Positions 1 through 10,859 of a DNA stretch of 64,000 nt are shown in pieces. This stretch comes from Candidatus Fervidifonticultor secundus. Its GTDB lineage: Bacteria > Sysuimicrobiota > Sysuimicrobiia > Sysuimicrobiales > Humicultoraceae. The stretch covers positions 96,355 to 160,354 of the forward strand of contig JAVKIP010000002.1 in NCBI GenBank assembly GCA_031459385.1. The letters are read 5' to 3'. The first letter of the stretch is position 1, and each line of letters begins with the position of its first letter. Made by a program: the position numbers and the translations under genes. Under the pieces are notes generated by a model, which was given only the letters and a program-made list of their open reading frames with translations, had not been told where the DNA came from and made no database searches.

Positions 1-214
1 CCTGCGCGCGCTGGTGGCGTGGGTGGGGCCGGCCCAGGTCGTGCTGGGCACCGACGCCCCGTTCGACATGTCGGATCCGCATCCCGTGACGACCGTCATG
101 CAGGCACTGAGTGACGTCGGGGCCCGCCGGGCCGTGCTGGAGGGCAATGCCGCCCGACTGCTGGCATTCCCTGGCCCGACCAGCCGGCCGGCACCCCGGG
201 CGCCGTCGGCCTGA
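1..214 (+). CDS. Amidohydrolase family protein, C-terminal fragment (5' truncated by window edge)
   Basis: VVLGTDAPFDM...VLEGNAARLL resembles the C-terminus of amidohydro_2/ACMSD-like enzymes. Confidence 0.7.
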   Translation, partial: LRALVAWVGPAQVVLGTDAPFDMSDPHPVTTVMQALSDVGARRAVLEGNAARLLAFPGPTSRPAPRAPSA

Positions 215-253
215 GGGGCGGTGCGGCCCGTCACGAACGCCAAGGAGGGAACG

Positions 254-1453
254 ATGGCAGTCGCGGAGCGACCAGCCGAGGATATCTACCCGAAGTTCTC
301 AGCCGACGAGTACCGGCGCCGCCACGCCCTGCTGCGCGACCTGCTGGTCGCCCGGGGCCTGGATGGCGCCATCGTCTACGGCGGGTACAAGGATCTGTAC
401 CAGGCCAATGCGCGCTGGCTCACCGGCATGCGCGAGTCGATGCAGTTCTACGCCTTCTTCCCCAGAGACGGCGCGCCGGCAGCCTGGAACTCGCTCTACC
501 CGCACCTGCATGCGGCCCGACGCATGTCGGCCATCGCCGACACGCAGTGGGGCGGCGCCAGCATCGGGCACACCGTGGCCCGGCACATCCGCACGCTCGG
601 CCTCGACCGGGGGCGCATCGGCCTGGTGGGCGTGCACTCGCGGCGCGGGATCACCCTGCCCATGGATCACTACCTGATCTGGCGGGACGAGTTGCCGCAC
701 GTCGAGCTGGTGAACATCACGCAGGACGTCGAGGGCCTCCAGCAGGTCAAGAGCGAGGAGGAGCTGGCGTTCTACCGCCGCGGGGCCGCCTACACCGACT
801 ACGCCATGGCGGAGTTGATCACAGCCATCCGGCCGGGCGTCACCGAGGTGGCCCTCTACGGTCGCATCCTGTCGGCGGCGTACGAGTGCGGGGGCGACGC
901 ACTGGACGTGGTGCTCATCGGCAGCACATCGCAGCGTGACGCCGACATGCCGTACCCCCGGCACGTGCCCAGCCAGCGGCTGATCCAGCCGGGAGACGTC
1001 GTGCTCAACGAGATCAGTGTGGGGTACGGCGGGTGCTCCGGCCAGCTCATCGTCCCCATCAGCGTGGGGGCCCCGACGCCGGAGTACCGCGACCTTTACC
1101 GTATCGCGCGCGAGACGTTCGAGCGGGTGCGGGCGGTACTGCGGCCCGGCGCCACGCAGGACGACGTCCTGGAGGCGGCGCGCCCCATCACCGATGCCGG
1201 CCTGGTGGCCGAGGCGCCCATCATCCATGGCTGGCCGAACCCGCCCATGTTCCCCATCCTGCCGGTGGGCAAGCCAGCGGAGACCTACAGCCCGGAGCCG
1301 TTCGCGCTCCGCGCGAATCAGCTGATCATGATCGAGCCCAACCCGACCACGCCCGATCTGCGGCGCGGCGTCTTCCTGGGGGCTCTGTGCGTGGTGACTC
1401 CGGAAGGCGGCCGGTGCCTGCAGGAGCATCCGCTCGACTTCGCGGTCGTGTAG
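254..1453 (+). CDS. M24 (Xaa-Pro peptidase/creatinase) fold hydrolase
   Basis: RBS AAGGAGG before ATG 254; FSADEYRRRH N-terminus, VKSEEE, IRPGVTE, QPGDVV, IHG, IEPN motifs. Confidence 0.8.
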   Translation: MAVAERPAEDIYPKFSADEYRRRHALLRDLLVARGLDGAIVYGGYKDLYQANARWLTGMRESMQFYAFFPRDGAPAAWNSLYPHLHAARRMSAIADTQWGGASIGHTVARHIRTLGLDRGRIGLVGVHSRRGITLPMDHYLIWRDELPHVELVNITQDVEGLQQVKSEEELAFYRRGAAYTDYAMAELITAIRPGVTEVALYGRILSAAYECGGDALDVVLIGSTSQRDADMPYPRHVPSQRLIQPGDVVLNEISVGYGGCSGQLIVPISVGAPTPEYRDLYRIARETFERVRAVLRPGATQDDVLEAARPITDAGLVAEAPIIHGWPNPPMFPILPVGKPAETYSPEPFALRANQLIMIEPNPTTPDLRRGVFLGALCVVTPEGGRCLQEHPLDFAVV

Positions 1454-1505
1454 CCGTTGCACGTGCAGGGAACCGACAACGCAGATGAACGCGGGAGGTG
1501 GGAGC

Positions 1506-3056
1506 ATGAGAGCATTGCGGTGGCTTCGCCGGGGATGGCCGCTGCTGGCGGTCCTCCTGATGGGAAGCTGGCCGGCGGCGCCCGGGTGGAGCCAGCAGAA
1601 GGACACGCTGGTCATCGCCCTGCCCTTCGAGGTGCCGACCCCTGATATCCACAAGGCCACCGGGCTGCCCATCTTGGGCATGCTGGCCCAGATCGGCGAT
1701 TCCTTGGTGGTGCTGGACGAGAAGGGGAACGTGAAGCCGTGGCTGGCCGAGTCATGGACGCAGGAGGACGGGGGGCGGTCCCTGGTCTTCAAGATTCGCG
1801 ACAACGTGAAGCTGCATGACGGCCGCACAGTGACCGCCGAGGACGTGGTCTACAGCCTCGAGCGCTTCCGCCGCATCTCCATCGGCCGGTCGGCATTCGC
1901 GGTGGTCGAGAGCATCACGGCGCAGCCCGGCAACCGGGTGAAGATCACCACGCGGGCCCCATTCGCACCGCTCCTGAAGACCTTCATCTACCAGACGATC
2001 ACCGTCTACAGCAAGGCCGCCATCGAGCGTGCCGGGGACGACGAGTTCTCCAAGCACCCGATCGGGCCGGGCCCGTACAAGTTTGTGCGCCTGGTACGGG
2101 GCGACCGCATGGAGCTCGAGGCGTTCGACGACTACTGGGCCGGGAAGCCCAAGATCAAGCGGATTGTCGTGCGCTACGTGCCCGACATCAGCGCCCGGGT
2201 GGCTGCCCTGGAGGCCGGCGACGTGGACGTGATCCACGACTTCACGCCCCAGGACGCCGAGCGCATCCGCAGCAACGCCAACCTGGTCTTCATCAACCCG
2301 CCGTCGGCCGGCTTCATCCGCTTCAACATGAACACCCAGCGGCCGCCCTTCAACGATGTCCGGGTCCGCCAGGCCATGGCCTACGCAATCGATCGTGACG
2401 CGATCGTGAAGCAGATCTTCCGCGGGCTCGCCCGGGTCTCGCGCTCGCTGGTGCCTGCCAACGCTGTGGGGTACGTCGAGACCTACGACGTGTACCGCTA
2501 CAACCCCGAACGCGCCAGGCAGCTGCTGCGGGAGGCCGGCGTTCCCGACCTGACGTTCACCTTCAGCTACGGTGCGGGCCGCTACCTCATGGACCGGGAA
2601 GTGGTGGAGGCCGTGCAGGCGCAGATGGCCAGGGCGGGCGTGACCGTGCGGATCAACCAGATGGAGTGGGGGCAGTTCTCGGCCATGATCCGCCTGCCGC
2701 TGGAGCGCAATCCCAGTCAGATGACGATGACCTGGTGGCGGACCGTGAACGGCGACGCAGACAACGCCATCGGCATCTACTCCCGGGCCGAGCTCCCGCC
2801 GCGCGGCAACAACGTGCCGTTCTACTCGTCCGACGAGTTCGAGCGGCTCTACGCCGCACAGCAAGTCGAGACCGACCCGGAGCGCCGGCGAGCGCTGATC
2901 CGCCAGCTGCAGCAGGTCTTGATGCACGACCTGCCGTCGATCCCCATGTACCAGCAGCCCATCTTCTGGGCCACCCGCAAGAACGTTGCGGGGTTCCCCA
3001 AGAAGGTCACGTCGTTGAGCACGGTGTGGCCGCTGTACGACGTGGAGTTCAAGTAG
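1506..3056 (+). CDS. ABC transporter substrate-binding protein, family 5 (DppA/OppA-like)
   Basis: Signal peptide; PWLAESW, HDGRTVTAEDVVYS, PIGPGPY, PFNDVRVRQAMAYAID motifs. Confidence 0.92.
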   Translation: MRALRWLRRGWPLLAVLLMGSWPAAPGWSQQKDTLVIALPFEVPTPDIHKATGLPILGMLAQIGDSLVVLDEKGNVKPWLAESWTQEDGGRSLVFKIRDNVKLHDGRTVTAEDVVYSLERFRRISIGRSAFAVVESITAQPGNRVKITTRAPFAPLLKTFIYQTITVYSKAAIERAGDDEFSKHPIGPGPYKFVRLVRGDRMELEAFDDYWAGKPKIKRIVVRYVPDISARVAALEAGDVDVIHDFTPQDAERIRSNANLVFINPPSAGFIRFNMNTQRPPFNDVRVRQAMAYAIDRDAIVKQIFRGLARVSRSLVPANAVGYVETYDVYRYNPERARQLLREAGVPDLTFTFSYGAGRYLMDREVVEAVQAQMARAGVTVRINQMEWGQFSAMIRLPLERNPSQMTMTWWRTVNGDADNAIGIYSRAELPPRGNNVPFYSSDEFERLYAAQQVETDPERRRALIRQLQQVLMHDLPSIPMYQQPIFWATRKNVAGFPKKVTSLSTVWPLYDVEFK

Positions 3057-3084
3057 TTCCGGGCGACGTGCGGACCGGCGCGTT

Positions 3085-4005
3085 ATGAAGGCCTATCTCA
3101 CCCGGCGGGTGCTGGTGGCAGTGCCGAGCCTGCTGGCGGTCACCGTGTTGATCTTCGTCGCCATGCGGGTCGTCCCGGGCGACCCGGCGGTGCTGCTGGC
3201 GGGTGACTTCGCCACGCCGGACACGGTGGCCGCCCTGCGGGCCAGGTGGGGGTTGGACCGCCCGCTGGTGGTGCAGTACGCGGTCTTCATGGCGCGCCTG
3301 GTCCGCGGCGACCTGGGCGAGTCGATCGTCAGCGACCTGCCCGTCCTCGACGAGATCCTGCAGCGCTTTCGTGTGACCGTGGTCCTGGCGCTGGCAGCGA
3401 TCAGCGTGGCGGTCCTGGTGGGGCTGTCGGCGGGCATCCTGGGGGCCACCCGGCCGTACTCGGGCTGGGACTACGGCAGCATGGTCCTGGCACTGGTAGG
3501 CGTGTCGACCCCGATCTTCTGGTCCGGTATGTTGCTCATCCTCCTGTTCGCCGTGCGGCTGGGGTGGCTGCCGACGGGCGGGGTGGGGTCGTGGCAGAAC
3601 TTCATCCTGCCGGCGGTGAGCCTGGGGTTCTTCGCCGCGGGCATCATCGCCCGGCAGACGCGCGCGGCCATGCTGGATGTGCTCCGGCAGGACTACATCC
3701 GCACGGCGCGGGCGAAGGGCGTGGGGGAACCAGGGGTCATCCAGCGGCACGCGCTGCGGAACGCGCTGATCCCGGTGGTGACGATCGTCGGCCTGGAGTT
3801 CGGCCGCCTGCTGGGCGGCGCCGTGCTCACCGAGACGGTGTTCAGCCTGCCGGGGCTGGGCAGCTTCCTGGTCGTGTCGATCTTCAAGCGCGACTACCCG
3901 GTGATCCAGGGCGTGGTGCTCTGGCTGGCCCTGGCATTCGTGCTCATCAACATGCTGGTCGACGTGGTGTATGCGGCCCTTGATCCGCGCATCCACTACG
4001 CCTGA
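3085..4005 (+). CDS. ABC transporter permease (DppB-like)
   Basis: PGDPA, GDLGES, DYIRTARAKG, RHALRNALIP motifs; hydrophobic segments. Confidence 0.92.
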   Translation: MKAYLTRRVLVAVPSLLAVTVLIFVAMRVVPGDPAVLLAGDFATPDTVAALRARWGLDRPLVVQYAVFMARLVRGDLGESIVSDLPVLDEILQRFRVTVVLALAAISVAVLVGLSAGILGATRPYSGWDYGSMVLALVGVSTPIFWSGMLLILLFAVRLGWLPTGGVGSWQNFILPAVSLGFFAAGIIARQTRAAMLDVLRQDYIRTARAKGVGEPGVIQRHALRNALIPVVTIVGLEFGRLLGGAVLTETVFSLPGLGSFLVVSIFKRDYPVIQGVVLWLALAFVLINMLVDVVYAALDPRIHYA

Positions 4006-4903
4006 CGTCGCCGGACGGCGCGCGGCGGCTGCCGGGCGCGAGCGGGCCTGGGCCGGGCGTACGGGCTCGGCCTCGCTAGCCTGGCGGAGGTTCCGACGAC
4101 ACCGCGGCGCGCAGGTTGGCCTGGGCGTCGTGCTCGTGTTCGGGCTGCTGGCGCTGCTGGCGCCGATGGTGGCGCCGTACGGGCCGACCGACGCGGACCT
4201 GGAGCGGCGGCTCCAGCCGCCCTCGCGCCAGCACTGGCTGGGGATGGACCAGCAGGGCCGCGACCTCTTCTCGCGCATCGTGTACGGCGGGCGCGTCTCG
4301 CTGGTCATCGGCGTGATCGCCGTCGGCGTCGCAGCGGGCATCGGCATTCCCGTGGGGGCCGCCTCGGGCTTCCGCGGCGGCTGGCTGGGCCAGATCCTCA
4401 TGGGGCTGGTGGACGTGCTCCTGTCGTTTCCAGCCATCCTGGTGGCGATCCTCATCGTGGCCCTGGCCGGGCCGGGGTTGCGCAACGCCATGCTGGCCAT
4501 CGGCATCTCCCAGATGCCGGCCTACGCCCGGTTGATGCGGGCCGAGGTGATCCGGCTGCGCTCGGAGATGTTCGTGGAAGCGGCCCGGGCCATCGGCCTG
4601 CCGGAGGGGCGGGTGCTGCTCCGGCACATCCTGCCCAACGCCGCCGGTCCGCTGATCGTGCAGTCTACGCTGAACCTGGCCGGGGCGATCCTGTCGGCGG
4701 CGTACCTGGGCTTCCTGGGGCTGGGCGCCCAGCCGCCGACGCCGGAGTGGGGAGCGATGCTGTCAGACGGGCGCACCTACCTGCGCACCGCCCCTCACGT
4801 GGCGGTCTACCCCGGGGTGGCCGTGATGCTGGTGGTGCTGGGGTTCAACCTGTTCGGCGACGGGCTGCGGGACGCCCTCGACCCGCGCGCGACACGACGG
4901 TAG
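3971..4903 (+). CDS. ABC transporter permease (DppC-like); start uncertain
   Basis: HWLGMDQQGRD, FVEAARAIG (EAA motif), RHILPN, GDGLRDALDPR. Confidence 0.9.
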   Translation: MRPLIRASTTPDVAGRRAAAAGRERAWAGRTGSASLAWRRFRRHRGAQVGLGVVLVFGLLALLAPMVAPYGPTDADLERRLQPPSRQHWLGMDQQGRDLFSRIVYGGRVSLVIGVIAVGVAAGIGIPVGAASGFRGGWLGQILMGLVDVLLSFPAILVAILIVALAGPGLRNAMLAIGISQMPAYARLMRAEVIRLRSEMFVEAARAIGLPEGRVLLRHILPNAAGPLIVQSTLNLAGAILSAAYLGFLGLGAQPPTPEWGAMLSDGRTYLRTAPHVAVYPGVAVMLVVLGFNLFGDGLRDALDPRATRR

Positions 4904-4955
4904 ACGCCACCCGCGGTACCGTCCGCCCGCCGTCGCACTTGCACGTGGAGAGGAG

Positions 4956-5648
4956 ATGGAGATGGCGCTACCACCGGAAGTCGAATCCCAGATCGACTTG
5001 ACGCACAGCGCGGTGCTGCTCATCGACATGCAGCGCCGGCACGTGGATCCGGCCGTCGGCTACCACCTCATCGATCCACAGGCCACCGCCGACATCGTGG
5101 CAGCCGCCCGGCGGGCCCTGGAGGTGGCCCGGGCGCATGACGTGCCGGTCGTGCACGTGGCGACCTCCTCCCGGCGGCCGTCGCCGTGGGGGTTCGTCGA
5201 CCACCAGAACCCGTTCTGGGCCTACCAGACCGGGAAGATCATCCCGGGGATGGGACGGCCGCGGCAGAGCGGGAAGAACGTCGAGGGGTCTATCTACGCG
5301 GAGATCCTGCCCGAGCTGGCACCCCAGCGCGACGAGCCCGTGGTCGTCAAACGCCGCTACTCAGCGTTTTACGGGACCGACCTGGAGCTGGTCCTGCGCG
5401 GGCTGCGCACGGAGACCCTGTTCGTCCTGGGCGTGAACACCAACAACTGCGTGCTGGCCACGGTCTACGACGCCTTCAGCCGCGACCTGCGTGTGGTGGT
5501 GCTGGCGGACGCGTGCGGCTCGATGAACGGCGAAGAATACCACCGGGCCGCACTGCGGCAGGTAGAGGCCGCGCTGGGCTTCACGACCACGGTGCGGGAG
5601 TTCGCCGAGCTGGTGGCGCGCAAGCGCGGGGCGGAGGTGCGGGCATGA
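4956..5648 (+). CDS. Isochorismatase-family cysteine hydrolase
   Basis: D-K-C triad motifs LIDMQ, VKRRYSAF, NTNNCV; RBS GAGGAG. Confidence 0.88.
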   Translation: MEMALPPEVESQIDLTHSAVLLIDMQRRHVDPAVGYHLIDPQATADIVAAARRALEVARAHDVPVVHVATSSRRPSPWGFVDHQNPFWAYQTGKIIPGMGRPRQSGKNVEGSIYAEILPELAPQRDEPVVVKRRYSAFYGTDLELVLRGLRTETLFVLGVNTNNCVLATVYDAFSRDLRVVVLADACGSMNGEEYHRAALRQVEAALGFTTTVREFAELVARKRGAEVRA

Positions 5649-7417
5649 CCGGCACCCCGCTGGTCTCGACAGCGCAGCAGGCGCTGCGCGCGCGCGAGGC
5701 CGACGCCATCGCGGCCGTCTCGGGCCCTCGGCTGATGGCGTACACGCGCGACATCACGCGCTGGGTGCGGCTGTCGGGCGAGCCCGACGAGCGTCGGGCG
5801 TTCGAGTACGTGGAAGGCGTGCTGCGCGGCCTGGGTCTGCGCACGCAACTGCTGGAGCACGACGCCTTCATCAGCCTGCCCGGGCCCGCGCGGCTGCGGA
5901 TCACCTCGCCGGTGCGCGAACTCCTGCCGTGCATCACGCATGCGTTCGCCGCGCCCACCGGCGCAGACGGCGTGCAGGGCGAGCTGGTCTATGTGGGGCA
6001 GGGGACCGCGGAAGACTACGCGCGGGTCGACGTGCGGGGGAAGGTTGCGCTGGTCGAGGGCCTCGGGATCGGCGGCAAGGTGCGCCGGGGCGAGGAGCGC
6101 GGCGCGATCGCGCAGGTGTTTATCCACGGCGAGTACACCCACGAGACGAGCGTCTCCCCGCTGTGGGGACCGCCGACGCCCGAGACCGCGCACCTGCTGC
6201 CGCGCACCCCGAGTTTCTCCGTGAACCGGGCGGCCGGTGCCCGTCTCAAGGACCTGCTGGCGCAGGGCCCCGTACGCGTGCGGGCGTGGGGTGAGGTCAC
6301 CACAGGCTGGCGTATGATCCCGCTGCTGGTGGCCGACCTGCCCGGGCAGGTCGAGCCCGACCGGTTCGTGCTCCTCTCCAGCCACCTCGACTCGTGGCAC
6401 TACGGCGCCATGGACAACGGGGCGGCCAACGCCACCCTGCTGGAGGCGATCCGGGTGCTGGTCCCCGGACCGCGACGGCGCAGCCTGCGGGTTGCGTTCT
6501 GGTCGGGCCATTCGCACGGCCGCTTTGCCGGCTCGTCCTGGTACGCCGACCATTTCTGGTTCGACCTCTACCGGCACTGCGTGGCGCACGTGAACTCCGA
6601 CTCCACGGGCGGTCGCGGCGCTACCGTCCTGGAAGAAGCACCGGTGATGGCCGAGACCAGGGCGCTGGCTGCTGAGTTCATCCGGACGATCGGCGGCCAG
6701 GATCTGCGGGGCAAGCGCATCGGCCGGTTCGCTGACCAGTCGTTCGTGGGCGTGGGGGTGCCCTCGGTCTTTGGGACGTTCTCCGAGCAGGATGTGGCCG
6801 ACCCCGAGACGCGCCGCGGCCTCTCGCTTTTCGAGCACGCCCAGGGGCGCGCTGCCGGGCTGGGGTGGTGGTGGCACACCACGGAGGACACGCTCGACAA
6901 GGTGGACGAGGCCTTCCTGGTGCGGGACACGCAGATCTACACCGGCGTGATCTTCCGCCTGCTCAACGAACCCGCCCTGCCCCTCGAGTACGGGGCGACG
7001 GCGCGGGAGATCCGCGACCTGCTGACGCGGTACCAGACGGCGGCGCGCGGCCAGCTCGACCTGTCGGCTGAACTCGACGCGGCCCGCGCGCTGGAAGCCC
7101 GTACGGGCGACCTGCGGCGGGCACTGGCAGCTGCCGCCGCGGCCGGCGACGAGACCCGGCTACGGGTGTTGAACGATACCGTCATGCGGCTCGGCCGCCT
7201 CCTGGTGCCCGTCAACTACACGCTGCGCGGCCCCTTCGAACACGACCTAGGCACGGCGCTGCCGCCTCTGCCGGGCCTGGCACAGGCGGAGGCGCTGGGC
7301 ACGGCCGACCCCCAGAGCGCCCAGGCAAAGGCCCTCTACGTGGCCCTGCGACGGCAGGCCAACCGGGTGCGCTTCGCGCTGGAGGAGGCCTCCGCGATCA
7401 TCGAGGCGGTTATCTAG
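5645..7417 (+). CDS. M28 family peptidase with PA domain
   Basis: ATGA overlap with the upstream stop; PA-like ELVYVGQG..DVRGKVALV; SSHLDSW, GAMDN, WWHTTEDT. Confidence 0.85.
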   Translation: MTGTPLVSTAQQALRAREADAIAAVSGPRLMAYTRDITRWVRLSGEPDERRAFEYVEGVLRGLGLRTQLLEHDAFISLPGPARLRITSPVRELLPCITHAFAAPTGADGVQGELVYVGQGTAEDYARVDVRGKVALVEGLGIGGKVRRGEERGAIAQVFIHGEYTHETSVSPLWGPPTPETAHLLPRTPSFSVNRAAGARLKDLLAQGPVRVRAWGEVTTGWRMIPLLVADLPGQVEPDRFVLLSSHLDSWHYGAMDNGAANATLLEAIRVLVPGPRRRSLRVAFWSGHSHGRFAGSSWYADHFWFDLYRHCVAHVNSDSTGGRGATVLEEAPVMAETRALAAEFIRTIGGQDLRGKRIGRFADQSFVGVGVPSVFGTFSEQDVADPETRRGLSLFEHAQGRAAGLGWWWHTTEDTLDKVDEAFLVRDTQIYTGVIFRLLNEPALPLEYGATAREIRDLLTRYQTAARGQLDLSAELDAARALEARTGDLRRALAAAAAAGDETRLRVLNDTVMRLGRLLVPVNYTLRGPFEHDLGTALPPLPGLAQAEALGTADPQSAQAKALYVALRRQANRVRFALEEASAIIEAVI

Positions 7418-7503
7418 ACCCCGCGAGCCGTCCCCCGGGTCCCGACCGTTCTCGGACCACGCCGGTCTCGCTGCGGTCGTCCTGGCGCCCCCCGGGGCTC
7501 TAC

Positions 7504-7565
7504 TTGACCTCCTGGCCCTTCCCATTTATCCTGTTAACAGGACCCCCTCCCAGTGGGGAGGGGTA
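7504..7565 (+). promoter_or_regulatory. sigma70-type promoter and putative CsoR operator
   Basis: TTGACC(7504)-17 bp-TATCCT(7527); downstream C-tract/G-tract inverted repeat ACCCCCTCCCAGTGGGGAGGGGTA, typical of CsoR sites. Confidence 0.7.
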
Positions 7566-7602
7566 TTACTAGAGGGACCATGGTTTGTGTAGGAGGGTCG
7601 CC

Positions 7603-7926
7603 ATGGATCCGGCAACTTCCCCCCAGATCCCGCACCGTCACGCCGCGGGCTCGGCGGAGATGCGCGCGAAGATCGTCGCCCGCCTGCGCAGCGTCGCCGG
7701 GCACGTGCGCGGGGTGGAACGTATGGTAGACGAAGGCGCGTACTGCGTGGACGTCATGCGGCAGATTCTGGCGATCCAGCGGGCGCTGGACCGCATCAAC
7801 GGCCTGGTGCTGGAGGACCATCTGCAGACCTGCGCGTCCACGGCGATCCGCTCCGACGACCCAGGCGAGCGCGAGCGGACGATCGCGGAGTTGCTGGAAG
7901 TCTTCGAGATGTCCAGCAAGCTCTAG
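7603..7926 (+). CDS. csoR: Copper-sensing transcriptional repressor CsoR
   Basis: [21 protein letters not shown] (C-H-C Cu ligands); RBS AGGAGG; directly upstream of copA. Confidence 0.9.
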   Translation: MDPATSPQIPHRHAAGSAEMRAKIVARLRSVAGHVRGVERMVDEGAYCVDVMRQILAIQRALDRINGLVLEDHLQTCASTAIRSDDPGERERTIAELLEVFEMSSKL

Positions 7927-7954
7927 CCGCAGGCATGGTCTCGGGTGTCGCAGC

Positions 7955-10447
7955 ATGACCACCGCGTCTGACACGACCCTGTCCGCCGTCCGGCCCGGCC
8001 GGCGTGGAGTCCGCCGCGTCGACCTCCCGGTAGCCGGGATGTCCTGCGCGTCGTGCGTCGCGCGCGTCGAGCAGAGCCTGCAGCAGACGCCGGGCGTGGT
8101 CACCGCGCAGGTGAACTTCGCGGCCGAGCGAGCGGCGGTGACCTTCGACCCGGCGACGATCAGCGTCCAGGATCTGGTCACGGCGGTGCACGGCGCCGGT
8201 TACGAGGTGCCGCGTGCTCGCGCCGTGATCCCCATTGCCGGCATGTCGTGCGCCTCGTGCGTGACCAGGGTGGAAGCTGCCCTGCGCGGCGTGGACGGCG
8301 TGGTGGATGCATCGGTCAACCTGGCCCGCGAGCAGGCGACCGTGGAGTACGTGCCGGGCGTGGCTACCCTCGAGGCGCTGCGGCAGGCGATCCGCGAGGC
8401 CGGGTACGAGCCGCTGGCAAGCGAGGACGCGACGGTCGACCGGGAAGCGGAGCGGCGGGCGCGCGAGTTGCACAGCCTGCGGCTCCGGCTGGGCGTCGCG
8501 GCCCTGCTCAGCATACCGATCTTGTGGGGCAGCCTGCCGCACATGGGCATCGCCGTCTGGACGCCCCCGCTGCTCCACGCCTGGGTCGTGCAGTTCCTGC
8601 TGGCGACCCCCGTGCAGTTCTGGGCCGGGTGGCGCTTCTACCGGGGCCTGTGGGCCGCGCTGCGCCACCGCAGCGCCGACATGAATACGTTGATCGCCGT
8701 GGGCACCTCCGCAGCCTACCTGTACAGCGTGGCGGCCACGTTCGCGCCGCAGTGGTTCAGGGGCAGCGGCGTGGAGCCCACCGTCTACTATGAGACGGCA
8801 TCCATCATCATCGTCTTCATCCTGCTGGGACGCTATCTGGAGGCCCGGGCCAAGGGACGGACGAGCGAGGCGATCCGACGGCTGATGGGCCTGCGGGCCA
8901 AGACCGCGCGCGTCGTTCGTGGCGACGTTGAGGTGGATATCCCGGTGGAAGAGGTGCAGGTTGGTGACATCGTCGTCGTGCGCCCCGGCGAGAAGATCCC
9001 CGTCGACGGGGTGGTGGTGGCCGGCCAGTCCACCGTGGACGAGTCGATGATCACCGGCGAGTCGATGCCGGTCGAGAAGGGCGAGGGCGACGAGGTCATC
9101 GGCGCGACCATCAACAAGACCGGCGCGTTCCGGTTCCGGGCGACCCGCGTAGGCCGCGACACGGTCCTGGCGCAGATCGTCCGGATGGTCGAAGAAGCGC
9201 AGGGCAGCAAAGCGCCGATCCAGCGGCTGGCGGACCGCGTGGCCGCCTACTTCGTGCCCGCGGTCATCGCCGTGGCGCTGGTGACGGCCGTCGTCTGGCT
9301 GCTGGTCGGCCCGCAGCCGCGCGTGACGTACGCGCTGCTCACCTTCGTCGCGGTGCTGATCATCGCGTGTCCGTGCGCGCTGGGCTTGGCCACGCCGACG
9401 GCCATCATGGTCGGCACCGGCCGTGGCGCCGAGGCTGGCATCCTGATCCGCGGGGGCGAGGCCCTGGAGACGGCGCACCGTCTCACCGTGGTCGTGTTCG
9501 ACAAGACGGGCACGCTCACCCGCGGCGCGCCACGGGCCACCGATGTGCTGCCCCTGGACGGGATCGATGCGGCCAGCCTGCTGCGCCTGGCCGCGTCTGC
9601 CGAGCGACACTCGGAACACCCGATCGGGGAGGCGGTCGTGGTCTACGCGCGCGAGCGCGGCATCGTGCTGAGTGAGCCATCGGCGTTCGAAGCGGTGCCC
9701 GGGCACGGCGTCGAGGCGACCGTCGACGGACATCGCGTGCTGGTGGGCAACGTCGCCCTGCTGGAGCGGGCCGGCGTGACCGCCGATGGCCTGCGGGCCG
9801 AAGCCGAGCGCCTGGCGGCGGCCGGCAGGACCCCGATGGTGGTGGCTGTCGACGGTGTGCCCGCGGGGATCGTCGCGGTGGCCGACACCCTGAAGCCCCA
9901 CAGTCGCGAGGTCGTGGCGGCGCTGCGCCGCATGGGCGTGCAGGTGGTCATGCTGACCGGTGACACCCGGCCGACCGCCGAGGCCATTGCGGCGCAGCTC
10001 GGCATCGACCGCGTGCTGGCCGAGGTCAAGCCAGGAGAGAAGGCCGCGCAGATCCAGGCGTTGCAGCGCCAGGGCCATGTGGTAGCCATGGTGGGTGACG
10101 GGATCAACGACGCGCCTGCCCTGGTCCAGGCCGATCTCGGCATCGCCATCGGCGCCGGGACCGACGTGGCCATCGAGTCGGCCGACGTCGTGCTCATCGG
10201 CGACGACCTGCGCGGTGTCCTGGCGGCTGTAGCTCTGAGCCGGCGGACGATGCGAACGATCCGGCAGAACCTGTTCTGGGCGTTCGCGTACAATGTTGTG
10301 CTGATCCCGGTCGCGGCCGGCGTGTTGTACCCGTTCACGGGGACGCTGCTCAGCCCGGTGCTGGCAGCGCTGGCAATGGCTGCGTCGTCTGTGACGGTGG
10401 TGAGCAATAGCCTGCGCCTGCGGGCCTTTCGCGTGCCGGCGGCGTAG
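7955..10447 (+). CDS. copA: Cu(I)-translocating P1B-type ATPase
   Basis: Two GMSCASC heavy-metal domains; [33 protein letters not shown] and MAASS motifs. Confidence 0.96.
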   Translation: MTTASDTTLSAVRPGRRGVRRVDLPVAGMSCASCVARVEQSLQQTPGVVTAQVNFAAERAAVTFDPATISVQDLVTAVHGAGYEVPRARAVIPIAGMSCASCVTRVEAALRGVDGVVDASVNLAREQATVEYVPGVATLEALRQAIREAGYEPLASEDATVDREAERRARELHSLRLRLGVAALLSIPILWGSLPHMGIAVWTPPLLHAWVVQFLLATPVQFWAGWRFYRGLWAALRHRSADMNTLIAVGTSAAYLYSVAATFAPQWFRGSGVEPTVYYETASIIIVFILLGRYLEARAKGRTSEAIRRLMGLRAKTARVVRGDVEVDIPVEEVQVGDIVVVRPGEKIPVDGVVVAGQSTVDESMITGESMPVEKGEGDEVIGATINKTGAFRFRATRVGRDTVLAQIVRMVEEAQGSKAPIQRLADRVAAYFVPAVIAVALVTAVVWLLVGPQPRVTYALLTFVAVLIIACPCALGLATPTAIMVGTGRGAEAGILIRGGEALETAHRLTVVVFDKTGTLTRGAPRATDVLPLDGIDAASLLRLAASAERHSEHPIGEAVVVYARERGIVLSEPSAFEAVPGHGVEATVDGHRVLVGNVALLERAGVTADGLRAEAERLAAAGRTPMVVAVDGVPAGIVAVADTLKPHSREVVAALRRMGVQVVMLTGDTRPTAEAIAAQLGIDRVLAEVKPGEKAAQIQALQRQGHVVAMVGDGINDAPALVQADLGIAIGAGTDVAIESADVVLIGDDLRGVLAAVALSRRTMRTIRQNLFWAFAYNVVLIPVAAGVLYPFTGTLLSPVLAALAMAASSVTVVSNSLRLRAFRVPAA

Positions 10448-10586
10448 GTGTCGGCCCGGCTGCGGGCGGTCCGTCGGTGACAGGCATACGGATCGGTAGA
10501 AATGAGGAGCCCATGAGGGGCGTAGTCCGTCGGTGCGCCCGGCGCGAGGCTTGGGAACTACCCGGACAGGGAGGAGTGAGGACCCG

Positions 10587-10793
10587 ATGACGAGCAAGAC
10601 CTTCGATGTGCCGCAGATTCACTGCGATGGATGCGTGCAGACCGTCACCTCGGCCGTGCGGAAGCTGCCCGGCATCGCGAAGGTCGAAGCCAGCGCCGTC
10701 ACTAAGCGGGTGCTGGTCGAGTTCGATCCACAGGCGGTCGACGAAGCGCGCATTCGCGAGGCCCTGAAGACCGCTGGTTACCCGGCGGCCTGA
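10587..10793 (+). CDS. copZ: Copper chaperone CopZ-like (HMA domain)
   Basis: IHCDGC motif, 68 aa, ends AGYPAA; RBS GGAG/GAGG. Confidence 0.85.
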   Translation: MTSKTFDVPQIHCDGCVQTVTSAVRKLPGIAKVEASAVTKRVLVEFDPQAVDEARIREALKTAGYPAA

Positions 10794-10859
10794 GGCGTGG
10801 CCGACCGGGGTGCCGGCGCGGCCAGGCTGCTGGCGAGCCGGACGGAGGGACCCCAACGC

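Noticed and set aside
5186..5644. N-terminal extension of the M28 ORF
   Set aside because: Overlaps the cysteine hydrolase in another frame; the ATGA-coupled start at 5645 has an RBS
7796..10597. Long antisense ORFs (933 aa here; also 49796-52618, 29712-31784, 36746-39127)
   Set aside because: Shadow ORFs opposite well-supported genes, expected from GC3 bias in high-GC DNA
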